A DNA stretch of 64,000 bases from an uncultured Clostridia bacterium (GTDB lineage Bacteria > Bacillota > Clostridia > Christensenellales > UBA1242). Each line of letters begins with the position of its first letter. The stretch's first letter is position 1. The stretch covers positions 73,342 through 137,341 of the forward strand of contig CAOJSF010000001.1 of the NCBI GenBank assembly GCA_948442695.1, written 5' to 3'. Of the stretch, positions 29,066 through 39,662 are shown piece by piece. The notes below the pieces were generated by a model that saw nothing but the letters and a program-made list of their open reading frames with translations, was not told the DNA's origin and made no database searches. Position numbers and translations under genes: made by a program.

Positions 29066-29346
29066 AAAATGAAACACACAATAGACTAGTGTTTTCATCT
29101 AGTTTATAAATAAAAAAATACTATGATAGTAGTCATGGTATTTTTAATTTTTTATAAATAAATATCTTCACAAGTCAAATTTATAAGAAAGTAAGAGATC
29201 ACACAGTAAAAAAGGAGTGTCTTATAATGCAGGTTGATAGCGGAAAGAGAATGGGTGATATTTATGTTGATTTGACAATAACAACGAAATGAATTTTTTA
29301 GTTTATAAAACAAATCAAAAAATTAAAAAGTTTTTCTTTGAATTGC

Positions 29347-29375
29347 TTGACAAATGATTTTGTTTTCATTATAAT
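29347..29375 (+). promoter_or_regulatory. Consensus sigma-A type promoter upstream of rpsU
   Basis: TTGACA, 17-nt spacer, TATAAT. Confidence 0.6.
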
Positions 29376-29410
29376 TAAATAGATTTATAAATTAGAAGGT
29401 GGTGATAAGA

Positions 29411-29593
29411 TTGACAACTGTTAAAGTGGGCGAAAACGAAACTCTTGAAAGCGCTCTTAAAAGATTTAAGAGAAAATGCCAAAAAGATGGAATCATCGGT
29501 GACATTAGAAGAAAAGAAGCCTATGATAAACCTAGCGTTGCTAAAAAGAAAAAGAGAGAAGCGGCTAGAAAAAGAGCCAGAAAAAGAGGCTAA
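29411..29593 (+). CDS. rpsU: 30S ribosomal protein S21
   Basis: [25 protein letters not shown]...[18 protein letters not shown] start 8 nt after GGTGG; the GTG at 29399 is an alternative. Confidence 0.85.
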   Translation: MTTVKVGENETLESALKRFKRKCQKDGIIGDIRRKEAYDKPSVAKKKKREAARKRARKRG

Positions 29594-29654
29594 ATGTTAA
29601 TCTTTTGCAAATTCAATTTTGCGTTTAAAAAAATATTATTAAAAGGAGAAAAAA

Positions 29655-30005
29655 ATGGCTAACATTATTGACCAAATCGAGAAAGAGAACATGAAAGAAT
29701 CTTTCCCTGAATTTAATATCGGTGACACTGTTAAAGTTGGCGTAAAAATCAAAGAAGGTGACAAAGAAAGAATTCAAGGATATGAAGGAGTTGTTATTGC
29801 TCGTAAAAATGGTGGTATCAGAGAAACTTTCACTGTTAGAAAAATTTCAAACGGTGTTGGAGTTGAAAAAACTTTCCCTATTCACTCTCCACTTGTTACA
29901 AGTGTTGAAGTAATAAGAAAGGGTAAGCCTAGAAGAGCAAAACTCTATTATGTTCGTGCTCTTACTGGAAAGGCTGCAAAGATTAAATCTGCAGACAATA
30001 GATAA
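29655..30005 (+). CDS. rplS: 50S ribosomal protein L19
   Basis: [44 protein letters not shown]...RRAKLYYVR. Confidence 0.9.
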   Translation: MANIIDQIEKENMKESFPEFNIGDTVKVGVKIKEGDKERIQGYEGVVIARKNGGIRETFTVRKISNGVGVEKTFPIHSPLVTSVEVIRKGKPRRAKLYYVRALTGKAAKIKSADNR

Positions 30006-30010
30006 AAACA

Positions 30011-30037
30011 AGGCAGTCTTATGACTGCTTTTTTTTG
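30011..30037 (+). terminator. Terminator after rplS
   Basis: GCAGTC-TTAT-GACTGC hairpin plus a T-run. Confidence 0.7.
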
Positions 30038-30180
30038 TTTTGTAAAAATTAAAAAATAAGAATAACAAAAAGGAATGTTTTTTGATTTGTATATTTTAAT
30101 AGATTAAAATTTAAATCAGAACCGCTTTTATGATAAATAAATATTTTTTAAATTATTTTATAGATTTTTATTAAAACTAT

Positions 30181-30867
30181 TTGGAGAAAAATGTGGAAGT
30201 TACTATTAAAAAATTTTTGAATGACAATAGAGAGGGTGACAAAGCCCAGTTTGACAAAAAATTAATCCCAACAAAGTATGAAATTTTAGGGATTAGGACA
30301 AAGGTGCTTGAAGATTTTTCAAAAGTTCTCGCAAAGGAAAATGTGAGAATTTCACAAATGCCATTATCAAATCATGAAGAGATTTTGCTTGCAGGAATGG
30401 TTTTGGCAAAATCTAAAATGCCCCAAAAAGAGAAAGTTGAAGATTTTAAAATTCTTTTGAATTATATCGACAACTGGGCAACCTGTGATATGATTGTTGC
30501 GAGATTGAAAGGCCTTGAAAGTGAAGGTGAGTTTTTTATAAATCTTCTTTCATCAGATGAAGTCTTTAAAGTCAGAGTTGGCATAATATGGGTTATGAAA
30601 TTTATGTTGAAAAAAGATGTTGTAAAGGCATTGTCTTTATTGAAAGATAGGATAAAAGTGAAAGATTATTATATTGATATGGCTCTTGCATGGTGCTATG
30701 CGGAGGCACTTATTTATGATTTTGATTTTGTAATCAATTTTGTGCAAAAAATCGATAACGAAAATGTAAAAAAAATTGCCTATTCAAAAGCGTGTGATTC
30801 TTTTAGAATAAGCGATAGTCAAAAATACTTTATTAGAAACCTTAGAAAGAATCAAATTAAAAAATAA
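30181..30867 (+). CDS. DNA alkylation repair protein (AlkD-like HEAT repeat family)
   Basis: Family-like blocks KAQFDKKLIPTKYEILGIRTKVLEDFSK and WATCDMIV. The start may instead be the GTG at 30193, after GGAG. Confidence 0.6.
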   Translation: MEKNVEVTIKKFLNDNREGDKAQFDKKLIPTKYEILGIRTKVLEDFSKVLAKENVRISQMPLSNHEEILLAGMVLAKSKMPQKEKVEDFKILLNYIDNWATCDMIVARLKGLESEGEFFINLLSSDEVFKVRVGIIWVMKFMLKKDVVKALSLLKDRIKVKDYYIDMALAWCYAEALIYDFDFVINFVQKIDNENVKKIAYSKACDSFRISDSQKYFIRNLRKNQIKK

Positions 30868-30869
30868 TT

Positions 30870-30895
30870 GTCAGCAAACTTGCTGACTTTTTTTT
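30870..30895 (+). terminator. Terminator
   Basis: GTCAGCA-AACT-TGCTGAC hairpin plus a T-run. Confidence 0.7.
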
Positions 30896-30915
30896 ACGGT
30901 GGGAGGTATAACGCT

Positions 30916-31057
30916 AATGAAGTAAATGTTAGTTTTAGGGATGATAGAAACAACAGGAATGAAAATAGTGTTTTCTTTAGGGATGCCAGGTAAACAGGGA
31001 TAAAGTGAATGTTTCTTTAGGCACGATAGGAACAACAGGATTGAAAATAGTGCGTTT
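30916..31057. repeat. Degenerate tandem repeat of about 42 bp, about 3.5 units, same family as 5367-5460
   Basis: Units resemble GTTTTCTTTAGGGATG.TAG.AACAACAGGAATGAAAATAGT and abut with no spacers. Confidence 0.75.
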
Positions 31058-31290
31058 ATACTTTTATTATTATATTAATTTTTAAATTTCAAACTAATAA
31101 TAAAAGTTTTTGAATTTAAAGAGATAAAAAAATATTAAAAATTTTCAAACTCAGAAACATAATGAAAATCAACAAATTTGCTCATTTTTATCTTTGTTTT
31201 CTTTTTGTTTGGAGATTTTTTAGTTTTATGTTAAAATATCATAGACAAATTATATAAAAGATTATGCCTGATGATAAAAGGAGTAAATTT

Positions 31291-32823
31291 ATGTATTCGA
31301 AAGTTTTAAGTTTTGGACTGAAAGGCATTGAAGGTTTTCCGATTGATGTTGAGACAGATGTAAGCAATGGTCTGCCTCATTTTGAAATTGTGGGCCTTGC
31401 TGATACTGCGATAAAGGAAGCGAAAGAGCGTGTAAAAAATGCAATCAAAAATTCAGGGCTAAACTATCCTATAAAAAAGATAACTATAAATTTGGCTCCT
31501 GCTGATGTCAAAAAAGAGGGTGCGCTGTATGACCTTGCAATTGCAGTAGCTATTTTATCATGCGATGAAGAAAATGAAATTAGTCATGAAAAAGATTATG
31601 TTTATATAGGGGAATTATCTTTTGACGGGACTATAAAAAAAGTTAAAGGTGTTTTGCCTCTTCTTATTTCTGCAAGAAAGATGGGATATAAAAAGTTTAT
31701 AATACCTGCTGAAAACTCTCATGAAGCAAGTTTTATCTCTGGCATTGAAATTTATAGTGCTAAATCTTTGCTTGAAGTTTTTGAATTTTTGAAAGGTGGC
31801 GAGCATTTGCCTCTTGTTGAAGCCTGTCAATTTGAAGATGTGGTTAAACAATCGGTTGGTGGACTTGACTTTTCTAATGTGAAGGGTCAGGCTATGGCGA
31901 AGAGAGCGCTTGAGATTGCTGCTGCTGGTGGACATAACTTATTAATGATAGGACCTCCTGGAAGTGGAAAAAGTATGCTTGCAAAATGTTTTCCAACCAT
32001 TCTTCCAGAACTTACATTTGATGAGGCACTTGAAGTGACAAAGGTGCATTCGGTGGCTGGAGAACTTGATGGCAAGGCGGGAATAGTCTCAATGAGACCA
32101 TTTAGAAGCCCTCACCATACTGCGACTACGGTGGCACTTACTGGTGGCGGAGCGCATAGCAAACCGGGAGAAATTTCCCTTGCTGACCATGGTGTGCTTT
32201 TCTTAGATGAATTTCCAGAATATACAAGACACACCATTGAAACTTTGAGACAGCCACTTGAAGACGGAATTATCACTGTTGCAAGGTCAAATGCGACAAT
32301 TGTGTATCCGGCAAACTTTACACTTATTGCAAGTATGAATCCTTGTCCATGTGGCAACTATGGTTCTAAGGATAAAGAATGCCGATGTTCTCCAGCACAA
32401 ATAAGCAAATATCTTTCAAAATTATCAGGACCTATTATGGATAGAATTGATATTCATATTGAGGTAGAAAATGTCACTTATGACCAACTTAAAAGTGACC
32501 ATTTAGAAGAAAGTTCGCAGGAAATAAAGACCAGAGTTGATAAAGCGAGAGAGATTCAACTTAATAGGTTTGCAAAGAGCAATAATTATTGCAACGCTAA
32601 AATGGGTGTTGCCCAAACAAGAAAGTTTTGTAAACTTAGTGGAGATTGTGAAGACCTTATGAGAAATGCCTTTGAAAAATTGCATTTATCTGCAAGGGCG
32701 CATGACAGAATTTTGAAAGTCGCAAGAACGATTGCCGATTTGGAAGGTTGTGAAAACATACAGCCAGCGCATATTGCAGAAGCGATTTCATACAGAACTT
32801 TAGATAGAAAATACTGGCAATAA
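31291..32823 (+). CDS. comM: YifB/ComM family Mg-chelatase-like AAA ATPase
   Basis: MYSKVLSFGLKGIEGFPIDVE start, Walker A GPPGSGKSM, and HRILKVARTIADLEG at the C-terminus. Confidence 0.85.
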   Translation: MYSKVLSFGLKGIEGFPIDVETDVSNGLPHFEIVGLADTAIKEAKERVKNAIKNSGLNYPIKKITINLAPADVKKEGALYDLAIAVAILSCDEENEISHEKDYVYIGELSFDGTIKKVKGVLPLLISARKMGYKKFIIPAENSHEASFISGIEIYSAKSLLEVFEFLKGGEHLPLVEACQFEDVVKQSVGGLDFSNVKGQAMAKRALEIAAAGGHNLLMIGPPGSGKSMLAKCFPTILPELTFDEALEVTKVHSVAGELDGKAGIVSMRPFRSPHHTATTVALTGGGAHSKPGEISLADHGVLFLDEFPEYTRHTIETLRQPLEDGIITVARSNATIVYPANFTLIASMNPCPCGNYGSKDKECRCSPAQISKYLSKLSGPIMDRIDIHIEVENVTYDQLKSDHLEESSQEIKTRVDKAREIQLNRFAKSNNYCNAKMGVAQTRKFCKLSGDCEDLMRNAFEKLHLSARAHDRILKVARTIADLEGCENIQPAHIAEAISYRTLDRKYWQ

Positions 32824-32947
32824 TTGATGTTCATAAAAAAACATATATAATTTATCAAAAAAATTGTTTAAAAATATAACCCTTAAATATTTGTTTTTTA
32901 TTTAAAAAAATGCTAGAATATATGGAAATGTAGCAAAGAGGAAACTA

Positions 32948-34033
32948 ATGAATGATTTAAAATGTTTGATAATATTTTTATCACAATTTGATCTTACAAA
33001 TGCAAAGATAGGTCAAATTCTTGAAGAACTGGGGAATAATCAATCCATTGCTGGGTTTAAAAAGTCCAAACTTGTCAAAAATGGTGTTTTAACTAAAGAG
33101 GCATTTGACAAAATGATTGAAGTGGCAAATGATGGTTTTGTAAGGACATATTTGTTGAATCTGCAAAACAGAGGAATAAATGTTGTCACAAAATTTGATG
33201 ATGACTATCCAGAAAAACTTTTTGAGTTGTATGATGCACCTTATATCTTGTTTTATATGGGCGATTTAAATCTTGTAAATCAGCCTTCGCTTGCAGTTGT
33301 AGGTTCTAGAAAACCAACAAGTTATGGAAAGGTAATCACTGAAAGATTTGTACGTGATATTGCTTCAACAGGAGTTGTCATTATAAGTGGACTTGCATTT
33401 GGCGTTGATTCTATTGCTCATAGAGTGTGCCTTGATACTGGTGGGAAGACAATTGCAGTTTTGGGTGGCGGATTTGACCACATCTATCCACAAGAACATC
33501 ATAATCTTGCAATGGAAATCGCAGAAAAGGGATTGATTATAAGTGAGTTTAGACCTAAAAAGACGGCGACTAAATATTCATTTCCGCAAAGGAATCGCAT
33601 TATTGCAGGACTAAGTGATGGTGTGCTTATCACAGAAGCAAGTATCAAAAGTGGAACAATTCACACAAAAGAATTTGCACTGGAATATGGCAAAAATATC
33701 TATGCGGTGCCAGGCAATATCGACAATATAAATTCAGAACTTACAAATGATATCATTAAGACTTGTCAAGCAGAATGTGTGACAAAAAGTGATGATATTT
33801 TAAAAGATTATAGTTTGACAAAGTCTGACAAGAAAGAACAAATTTCTATGTTTGAAGGAGTCAATGAAGATGAAAAAATTTTGTTAAATCATTTAAAAAA
33901 TGGAATGAAGAGCATAGATGATTTGACAAAAGAATGCAAAATGAGTATAAATATTTTTAATACGTGTTTGACAACTTTAGAAATTCGTGGAATAATAAAG
34001 AGAATGCCAGGCGGTTGTGTCGCACTAAGTTAG
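32948..34033 (+). CDS. dprA: DNA-processing protein DprA
   Basis: AVVGSRKPTSYG...SGLAFGVDSIAHR...FPQRNRIIAGLS blocks. Confidence 0.85.
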   Translation: MNDLKCLIIFLSQFDLTNAKIGQILEELGNNQSIAGFKKSKLVKNGVLTKEAFDKMIEVANDGFVRTYLLNLQNRGINVVTKFDDDYPEKLFELYDAPYILFYMGDLNLVNQPSLAVVGSRKPTSYGKVITERFVRDIASTGVVIISGLAFGVDSIAHRVCLDTGGKTIAVLGGGFDHIYPQEHHNLAMEIAEKGLIISEFRPKKTATKYSFPQRNRIIAGLSDGVLITEASIKSGTIHTKEFALEYGKNIYAVPGNIDNINSELTNDIIKTCQAECVTKSDDILKDYSLTKSDKKEQISMFEGVNEDEKILLNHLKNGMKSIDDLTKECKMSINIFNTCLTTLEIRGIIKRMPGGCVALS

Positions 34034-34047
34034 AGTGGAGGAATATT

Positions 34048-36141
34048 TTGAAATTAGTAATTATAGAATCACCTTTCAAAAGAGAAGCACTAAAAAAATA
34101 TCTGGGAAATGGATATGAAGTTTTTGCTACCAAAGGCCATATTAGAGATTTACCTCAAAAGAATTTTGGCATAGATTTGAAAAATAATTTTGAGCCAAAA
34201 TATGAAATTGTGCCTGATAAAAAGGATTTGATTAAAGAACTTAAGTCTAAGGCAGAAAAAGCCGAAGAAGTTTTGATCGCAACCGACCCTGACCGTGAAG
34301 GTGAGGCAATTTCATGGCACGTTGCAAACATTCTCGGGTTTGACACCGAAAAAACTTGCAGAATTGAGTTTAACGAAATTTCCAAAAAGGCAGTCACAGA
34401 AGCACTGAAAAAGCCTCGAAAGATTGATTTGAAACTTGTTGACGCACAGCAGGCTCGACGTGTGCTTGACAGGCTTGTGGGTTATAAAGTTTCACCGATT
34501 ATCTGCAAAAAGATTGCACCAAAACTCAGTGCTGGTCGTGTTCAATCTGTGGCTCTTAAACTTGTGGTTGACAGAGAAATAGAGATTGAAAAATTTATTC
34601 CTGAAGAATACTGGACTGTAAATGCTCTCTTAAAAAAGGGAGAAAGTCAGATAAAGGCATCACTTTCGACTTATAAGAAAAAGAAGTTTGTGCCAAAAAA
34701 TAAAGAAGAGGTGGACAAACTTTTAGAAGAAGTCAAAGGCAAGGACTTTTTGGTCAAAGAGGTCAAGAAATCAAAGACAAAATCCCATGCTCCTGCACCA
34801 TTTACAACAAGTACTATGCAACAGGATGCTCTCAACAAACTGGGCATGAGCCTTGCAAGAACTTCATCATCAGCGCAACAGTTGTATGAAGGGGTTGATA
34901 TTAAAGGTGAGGGCAAGATAGCACTTATCACTTATATCAGAACTGACTCTGTCCGTGTTTCGCAAGACGCACAAAATGCCTGCCTAAGTTTTATTAAAGA
35001 AAAGTATGGCGATGATTTTGTGCCTTCAAAACCAAATATTTATCACACCAAAGACAGTGCTCAAGACGCCCACGAGGCCATCCGTCCTATTACTATGGAC
35101 ATTACTCCAGAAATGGCTAAAGAGACACTTTCGAGTGACAACTATCGTTTATATAAACTCATCTACGAAAGATTTTTGGCAAGTCAAATGGCATCGGCAG
35201 AATATTCTTCTGTTGCGGTGACTTTTGATTGCGAAAATTATGGTTTTAAAGTCAATGGCAAAACTATGGAATTTCCTGGTTATACCTCTGTCTACAAAGA
35301 ATTTGTGGAAGATGAGAATAAAGAGGGTATGGCGGGCAGACTTCCAAAACTTGAGGAGGGAGAACTTTTGCCTTGCGAAAAGATTTTGCCAGAACAAAAA
35401 TTCACAAAGCCACCAACAAGATATACAGAAGCAAGTCTTGTCAAGGCTATGGAAGAGAAAGGAATCGGTCGACCTGCGACATATGCAGCGACTATTACAA
35501 TCTTGCAGTCGAGAAAATATACTGTCAAAGAGGCAAAATATCTGGTGCCAACAGAACTGGGGCGTAAGATAACAGCATATCTTGACCAGTTTTTCAGCAG
35601 TGTCATAAACGTCAAATTTACTGCACATATGGAAAGCAGACTTGATGATATTGCTGTCAAAGAGGAGGACTGGCACAATGTCGTTTCAAACTTCTGGAAG
35701 GGCTTTGAACATCTGCTTGTCAATGCTGACGCAAGCAGTGTGACAATGAAAGAGCCACCAAAGGAAACTGATATCGAATGTGAAAAATGTGGAAGTAAAA
35801 TGCTTATCAGGACAGGCAGATTTGGAGAATTTTTGGCTTGCTCGAATTTCCCAAAATGTAAAAATACCAGACCGCTTGATACAACTAAAAAGGTGGTTGG
35901 CAAATGCCCTGATTGTGGCGGTGAACTTGTTGAACGCAAAAGCAAGAAAGGAAAATTATATTATTCTTGCGACAAATACCCTGAATGTAAATTTATGAGT
36001 TGGGATATTACAACAGGTGATAAATGTCCAAAATGTAAAAGTCCTTTGATTGTAAAAGGTAAAATCATAAAGTGTAACAATAGTGATTGCGACTATAAAA
36101 TAGACGACAAAAATGACGCTCAGACAAAAAATAATCAATAA
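34048..36141 (+). CDS. topA: DNA topoisomerase I
   Basis: TTG start after GGAGGA. TOPRIM segment VIIESPFK...ATDPDREGEAISWH, and C-terminal CxxC zinc ribbons. Confidence 0.9.
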   Translation: MKLVIIESPFKREALKKYLGNGYEVFATKGHIRDLPQKNFGIDLKNNFEPKYEIVPDKKDLIKELKSKAEKAEEVLIATDPDREGEAISWHVANILGFDTEKTCRIEFNEISKKAVTEALKKPRKIDLKLVDAQQARRVLDRLVGYKVSPIICKKIAPKLSAGRVQSVALKLVVDREIEIEKFIPEEYWTVNALLKKGESQIKASLSTYKKKKFVPKNKEEVDKLLEEVKGKDFLVKEVKKSKTKSHAPAPFTTSTMQQDALNKLGMSLARTSSSAQQLYEGVDIKGEGKIALITYIRTDSVRVSQDAQNACLSFIKEKYGDDFVPSKPNIYHTKDSAQDAHEAIRPITMDITPEMAKETLSSDNYRLYKLIYERFLASQMASAEYSSVAVTFDCENYGFKVNGKTMEFPGYTSVYKEFVEDENKEGMAGRLPKLEEGELLPCEKILPEQKFTKPPTRYTEASLVKAMEEKGIGRPATYAATITILQSRKYTVKEAKYLVPTELGRKITAYLDQFFSSVINVKFTAHMESRLDDIAVKEEDWHNVVSNFWKGFEHLLVNADASSVTMKEPPKETDIECEKCGSKMLIRTGRFGEFLACSNFPKCKNTRPLDTTKKVVGKCPDCGGELVERKSKKGKLYYSCDKYPECKFMSWDITTGDKCPKCKSPLIVKGKIIKCNNSDCDYKIDDKNDAQTKNNQ

Positions 36142-36280
36142 TTATCAATAGAAAGCAATAACTTTGATTTTATTGTTTTTAATGTAAATATCATTAAATT
36201 TAATTAAAAATTGCAAAAAAACATAAAAAATAAACAAAATTTACAAAAAATATGTAAAATTACGAAAATTTGGAGGAAAA

Positions 36281-36820
36281 ATGGAAAGTTTGTTTAGAGG
36301 CACCACAATATGTGGTGTAAAAAGAGATGGCAAGATTGCCATTGCGGGAGATGGGCAGGTTACACTTTCAGAAAGCGTAATATTTAAATCAAATGCTCAC
36401 AAGGTGAGAAGAATCTATAATGACAAGGTTGTGATAGGTTTTGCTGGTTCTGTTGCTGACGCTTTCTCCCTTTGTGAAAGATTTGAAAATATGCTCAATA
36501 AATTTTCTGGCAATCTTATGAGAAGTGCTGTTGAACTTGCTGGCACATGGAGAGAAGACAAAGCATCAAGACAACTCAATGCTATGATGATTGTTGCAGA
36601 CAAAGAAAGACTTTTGATTGTCAGCGGAACAGGGGAGGTCATTGAACCTGACGATGATGTTTGTGCAATCGGTTCTGGCGGAAATTATGCGCTGTCTGCA
36701 GCAAAAGCACTTAAACAAAATACCAACCTTTCTGCCAAAGAAATTGCAACTAAATCTCTTGAAATCGCAGGACAAATTTGCGTTTTCACAAATGGGAATA
36801 TCACAGTTGAGGAGGTATAA
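36281..36820 (+). CDS. hslV: ATP-dependent protease subunit HslV
   Basis: [23 protein letters not shown]-terminus. Confidence 0.9.
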   Translation: MESLFRGTTICGVKRDGKIAIAGDGQVTLSESVIFKSNAHKVRRIYNDKVVIGFAGSVADAFSLCERFENMLNKFSGNLMRSAVELAGTWREDKASRQLNAMMIVADKERLLIVSGTGEVIEPDDDVCAIGSGGNYALSAAKALKQNTNLSAKEIATKSLEIAGQICVFTNGNITVEEV

Positions 36821-36822
36821 AG

Positions 36823-38118
36823 ATGAATTTGACACCAAAACAAATTGTTGAAGAACTTGATAGATATATTATCGGTCAGGCAAAAGCAAAAAGGGCAGTT
36901 GCTATTGCTCTTAGAAATAGATATAGAAGAAGCAGACTTCCAAAGGAAATTCGTGATGAAATCACACCTAAAAATATTATTATGAAGGGACCAACTGGCG
37001 TTGGTAAAACAGAAATTGCCAGAAGACTTGCAAAACTTGTAGGTGCACCTTTTATTAAAGTGGAAGCAACAAAATATACCGAAGTTGGTTATGTTGGTCG
37101 TGATGTTGAAAGCATGGTTCGTGATCTTGTTGAAGTTTCTGTCCGCATTGTAAAGGATGAAAAAAAGCATCAAATGGAGGCAAAAGTAAAGCCTAGTGTT
37201 GATAGAAGACTGGTAAATGCAATTTGCGATTCAAGAAGGGCTCAAAACATGACAGTTGACAAAACTGATGTTGAAAATGACCTTAAAGAAGGAAAACTGG
37301 AAAATGAGACCATTGAAATTGAAGTGCTTGACAATACAAAACAGGTTACAACTTTTGGAATGCAAGAACTTAATATAGGAAATTTGTTTGATGGTATGCT
37401 TCCAGCAAAGCGTCATAAAAGAAAATTGTCTGTTGCAAGGGCTCGTGAAATTTTGACTTCAGAAGAATGTGATAGAGTGGTTGACAATGAGAGTGTCAAT
37501 GCTGAGGCTATAAGAAAGGTTGAAGAAGAAGGTATTATCTTTATTGATGAAATAGACAAAATTATCGGCAAAGCGGGTGGTTCAAACAATCATGATGTTT
37601 CTCGTGAAGGTGTTCAGAGAGATATCTTGCCTATCGTTGAAGGAAGCACTGTTGCAACAAAATATGGCAATGTAAAAACAGATTTTATTCTTTTCATTGC
37701 TTCAGGTGCATTCCATGTTTCAAATATTGAAGATATGATCCCAGAACTTCAAGGAAGATTCCCTATCAGAGTAGAACTTGATAATCTTACAAAAGATGAC
37801 TTCAAGAGAATTTTGACAGAACCAAAAAATTCGGTTACGCTTCAATATGCAAGCATTTTAAAAGTTGACAACATTGATTTGAAATTCACTGAAGAGGCGA
37901 TTGATGAAATGGCTGAAATGGCAGCCGCTGAAAATGAAACAAGCGAAAATATCGGTGCTAGAAGACTTCATACAATCATGGAACTTTTGCTTGAGGACAT
38001 CTCTTTCAATGCAACAGGTGATCATCCTATGCTTGAGGTCATGGTTGATAAAAACTATGTTATAAATGCATTTAAAGAAACAAAGCGTAAATATGACTTG
38101 AGTAAATATGTGCTGTAA
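36823..38118 (+). CDS. hslU: ATP-dependent protease ATPase subunit HslU
   Basis: LTPKQIVEELDRYIIGQAKAKRAVAIALRNRYRR and GPTGVGKTEIARRLAK. Confidence 0.9.
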   Translation: MNLTPKQIVEELDRYIIGQAKAKRAVAIALRNRYRRSRLPKEIRDEITPKNIIMKGPTGVGKTEIARRLAKLVGAPFIKVEATKYTEVGYVGRDVESMVRDLVEVSVRIVKDEKKHQMEAKVKPSVDRRLVNAICDSRRAQNMTVDKTDVENDLKEGKLENETIEIEVLDNTKQVTTFGMQELNIGNLFDGMLPAKRHKRKLSVARAREILTSEECDRVVDNESVNAEAIRKVEEEGIIFIDEIDKIIGKAGGSNNHDVSREGVQRDILPIVEGSTVATKYGNVKTDFILFIASGAFHVSNIEDMIPELQGRFPIRVELDNLTKDDFKRILTEPKNSVTLQYASILKVDNIDLKFTEEAIDEMAEMAAAENETSENIGARRLHTIMELLLEDISFNATGDHPMLEVMVDKNYVINAFKETKRKYDLSKYVL

Positions 38119-38296
38119 TTTAATGTTTTATGAGAAAACATAAAAACATATTAAAAATGCAGTTTTTATAAAAAAAAGTCTAATTTTATGAACAAATATC
38201 TATTTTTCAGTTTTAATAAAGCGGGAGAAATTGAATTTGTCAAAAATAAATAAAAATGATTTATTTAAATCAAATAGAAAAATTGTATGGTGACAT

Positions 38297-38974
38297 ATGG
38301 ATAATTCAAGGACTGAAATATTAATAGGCGAAGAAAACTTAAAAAAGATAATGTCTAAACATATGACTATTGTTGGCACTGGTGGTGTTGGCGGATATGT
38401 GGCAGTCATGCTTGCAAGGGCAGGAATTGAAAACTTTACTCTTATTGATTTTGACGATGTTTCTTCTTCAAACATCAATCGTCAGATTGTTGCTTATAAA
38501 GGCACAATAGGACAGAAAAAGGTTGATGTATTAAAAAGAATGATTGAAGAGATAAACGAAAAAGCGACTGTCAGAATTTTTGCTGAAAGACTTACGAAAG
38601 AGAATATAAGTCGTTTAATCGGGCAAACTGATATTGTAGTCGATGCAATAGATAGTGTGAAAGATAAGATAGATCTTATTGCTTATTGCAAAGAAAACAA
38701 TATAAATATCATTTCTGCAATGGGTGCAGGAAATCGTTATGACATTCCACAATTTAAACTTACTGACATATATTCAACTTGTGATGATGGTCTTGCCAAA
38801 GCGGTGAGAAAAGGGCTTCGTGAAAGAGGTGTGAAAAGTCTCGAGGTCGTAACAAGTTCATCAAAGGCAAAGAAGATTGATGGGGTGATAGGAAGCATAA
38901 GTTTTTATCCAGCAATGAGCGGATGTTTTATTGCTTCAGTCGTAATTAATAAAATAATTGAAGATAAAATTTGA
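38297..38974 (+). CDS. tcdA: ThiF-family tRNA threonylcarbamoyladenosine dehydratase (TcdA-like)
   Basis: VGTGGVGGYVAVMLARAGI...LIDFDDVSSSNINRQ. Confidence 0.75.
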   Translation: MDNSRTEILIGEENLKKIMSKHMTIVGTGGVGGYVAVMLARAGIENFTLIDFDDVSSSNINRQIVAYKGTIGQKKVDVLKRMIEEINEKATVRIFAERLTKENISRLIGQTDIVVDAIDSVKDKIDLIAYCKENNINIISAMGAGNRYDIPQFKLTDIYSTCDDGLAKAVRKGLRERGVKSLEVVTSSSKAKKIDGVIGSISFYPAMSGCFIASVVINKIIEDKI

Positions 38975-39115
38975 TTTAAATAAATTGTTTTATTGAGATA
39001 GTTTGAAGATAAATATCTATTTAACACCTTAAAAAATATAATAAAAATATTGCAAGTAATTTTATATGATTTTTCAGATGTTTGATATTAAAATAAAAAA
39101 TTAATGGAGGGAAAA

Positions 39116-39421
39116 ATGAAAGTCGTAGAAGAAAAAGATTTTGAAAGTGAAATTTCTTCAGGGGTTGTGCTTGTTGATTTCTTTGCATCATGGTGTGGAC
39201 CATGCAGAGTTATGGGCTCAATTTTAGAGCAGATGGACGGAAAAGTTGAAGGCGTCAAAATCATTAAAGTTGATGTCGATGAAAGTGGGACTGTTGCAAG
39301 ACAGTTTGGAATTATGTCAATTCCAACACTTATTATCTTCAAAGATGGCAAACTTCAAGAGAAGCACATCGGACTTTGGCAAAAAGAAGATTGCTTAGAA
39401 GCACTTAAAAAATATTTATAA
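39116..39421 (+). CDS. trxA: Thioredoxin
   Basis: WCGPC active site. Confidence 0.9.
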   Translation: MKVVEEKDFESEISSGVVLVDFFASWCGPCRVMGSILEQMDGKVEGVKIIKVDVDESGTVARQFGIMSIPTLIIFKDGKLQEKHIGLWQKEDCLEALKKYL

Positions 39422-39662
39422 ATGGCGAAGGAAGTTTGACTTTTATAAGATATTTTATAATTGAAAATTAAATTAAAAAAATTTTAATTTTACTTTTAAT
39501 TTTTTTAGGTTTGAAAGTGAAAAAATGAAAAATTTAAGCAAACAAAAATCAAAAAAGAAAAAAAGTTGAAAAAAATCCAACTTTTTTTTATTTTGACTAA
39601 GTTTAGTATTGACTTTATTTATATAGAGTGTTAAAATATTACTATGTTTAAAGGGGTGTAAA

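Noticed and set aside
30916-31057. Possible CRISPR array, because of repeated units of about 42 bp.
   Set aside because: The units abut directly with no unique spacers and are degenerate. No cas genes are nearby, and related units occur as simple tandem repeats at other loci.
33964-34047. Upstream extension of the topA ORF that overlaps dprA.
   Set aside because: A GGAGGA RBS precedes the TTG at 34048, and the conserved TOPRIM N-terminus (KLVIIESPFK) begins there.
35149-35945. Long antisense ORFs inside topA (175 and 217 aa), and similar ones inside hslV/hslU (36566-37173) and comM.
   Set aside because: They are antisense to strongly recognisable conserved genes, have low-complexity or unrecognisable translations, and lack RBSs.
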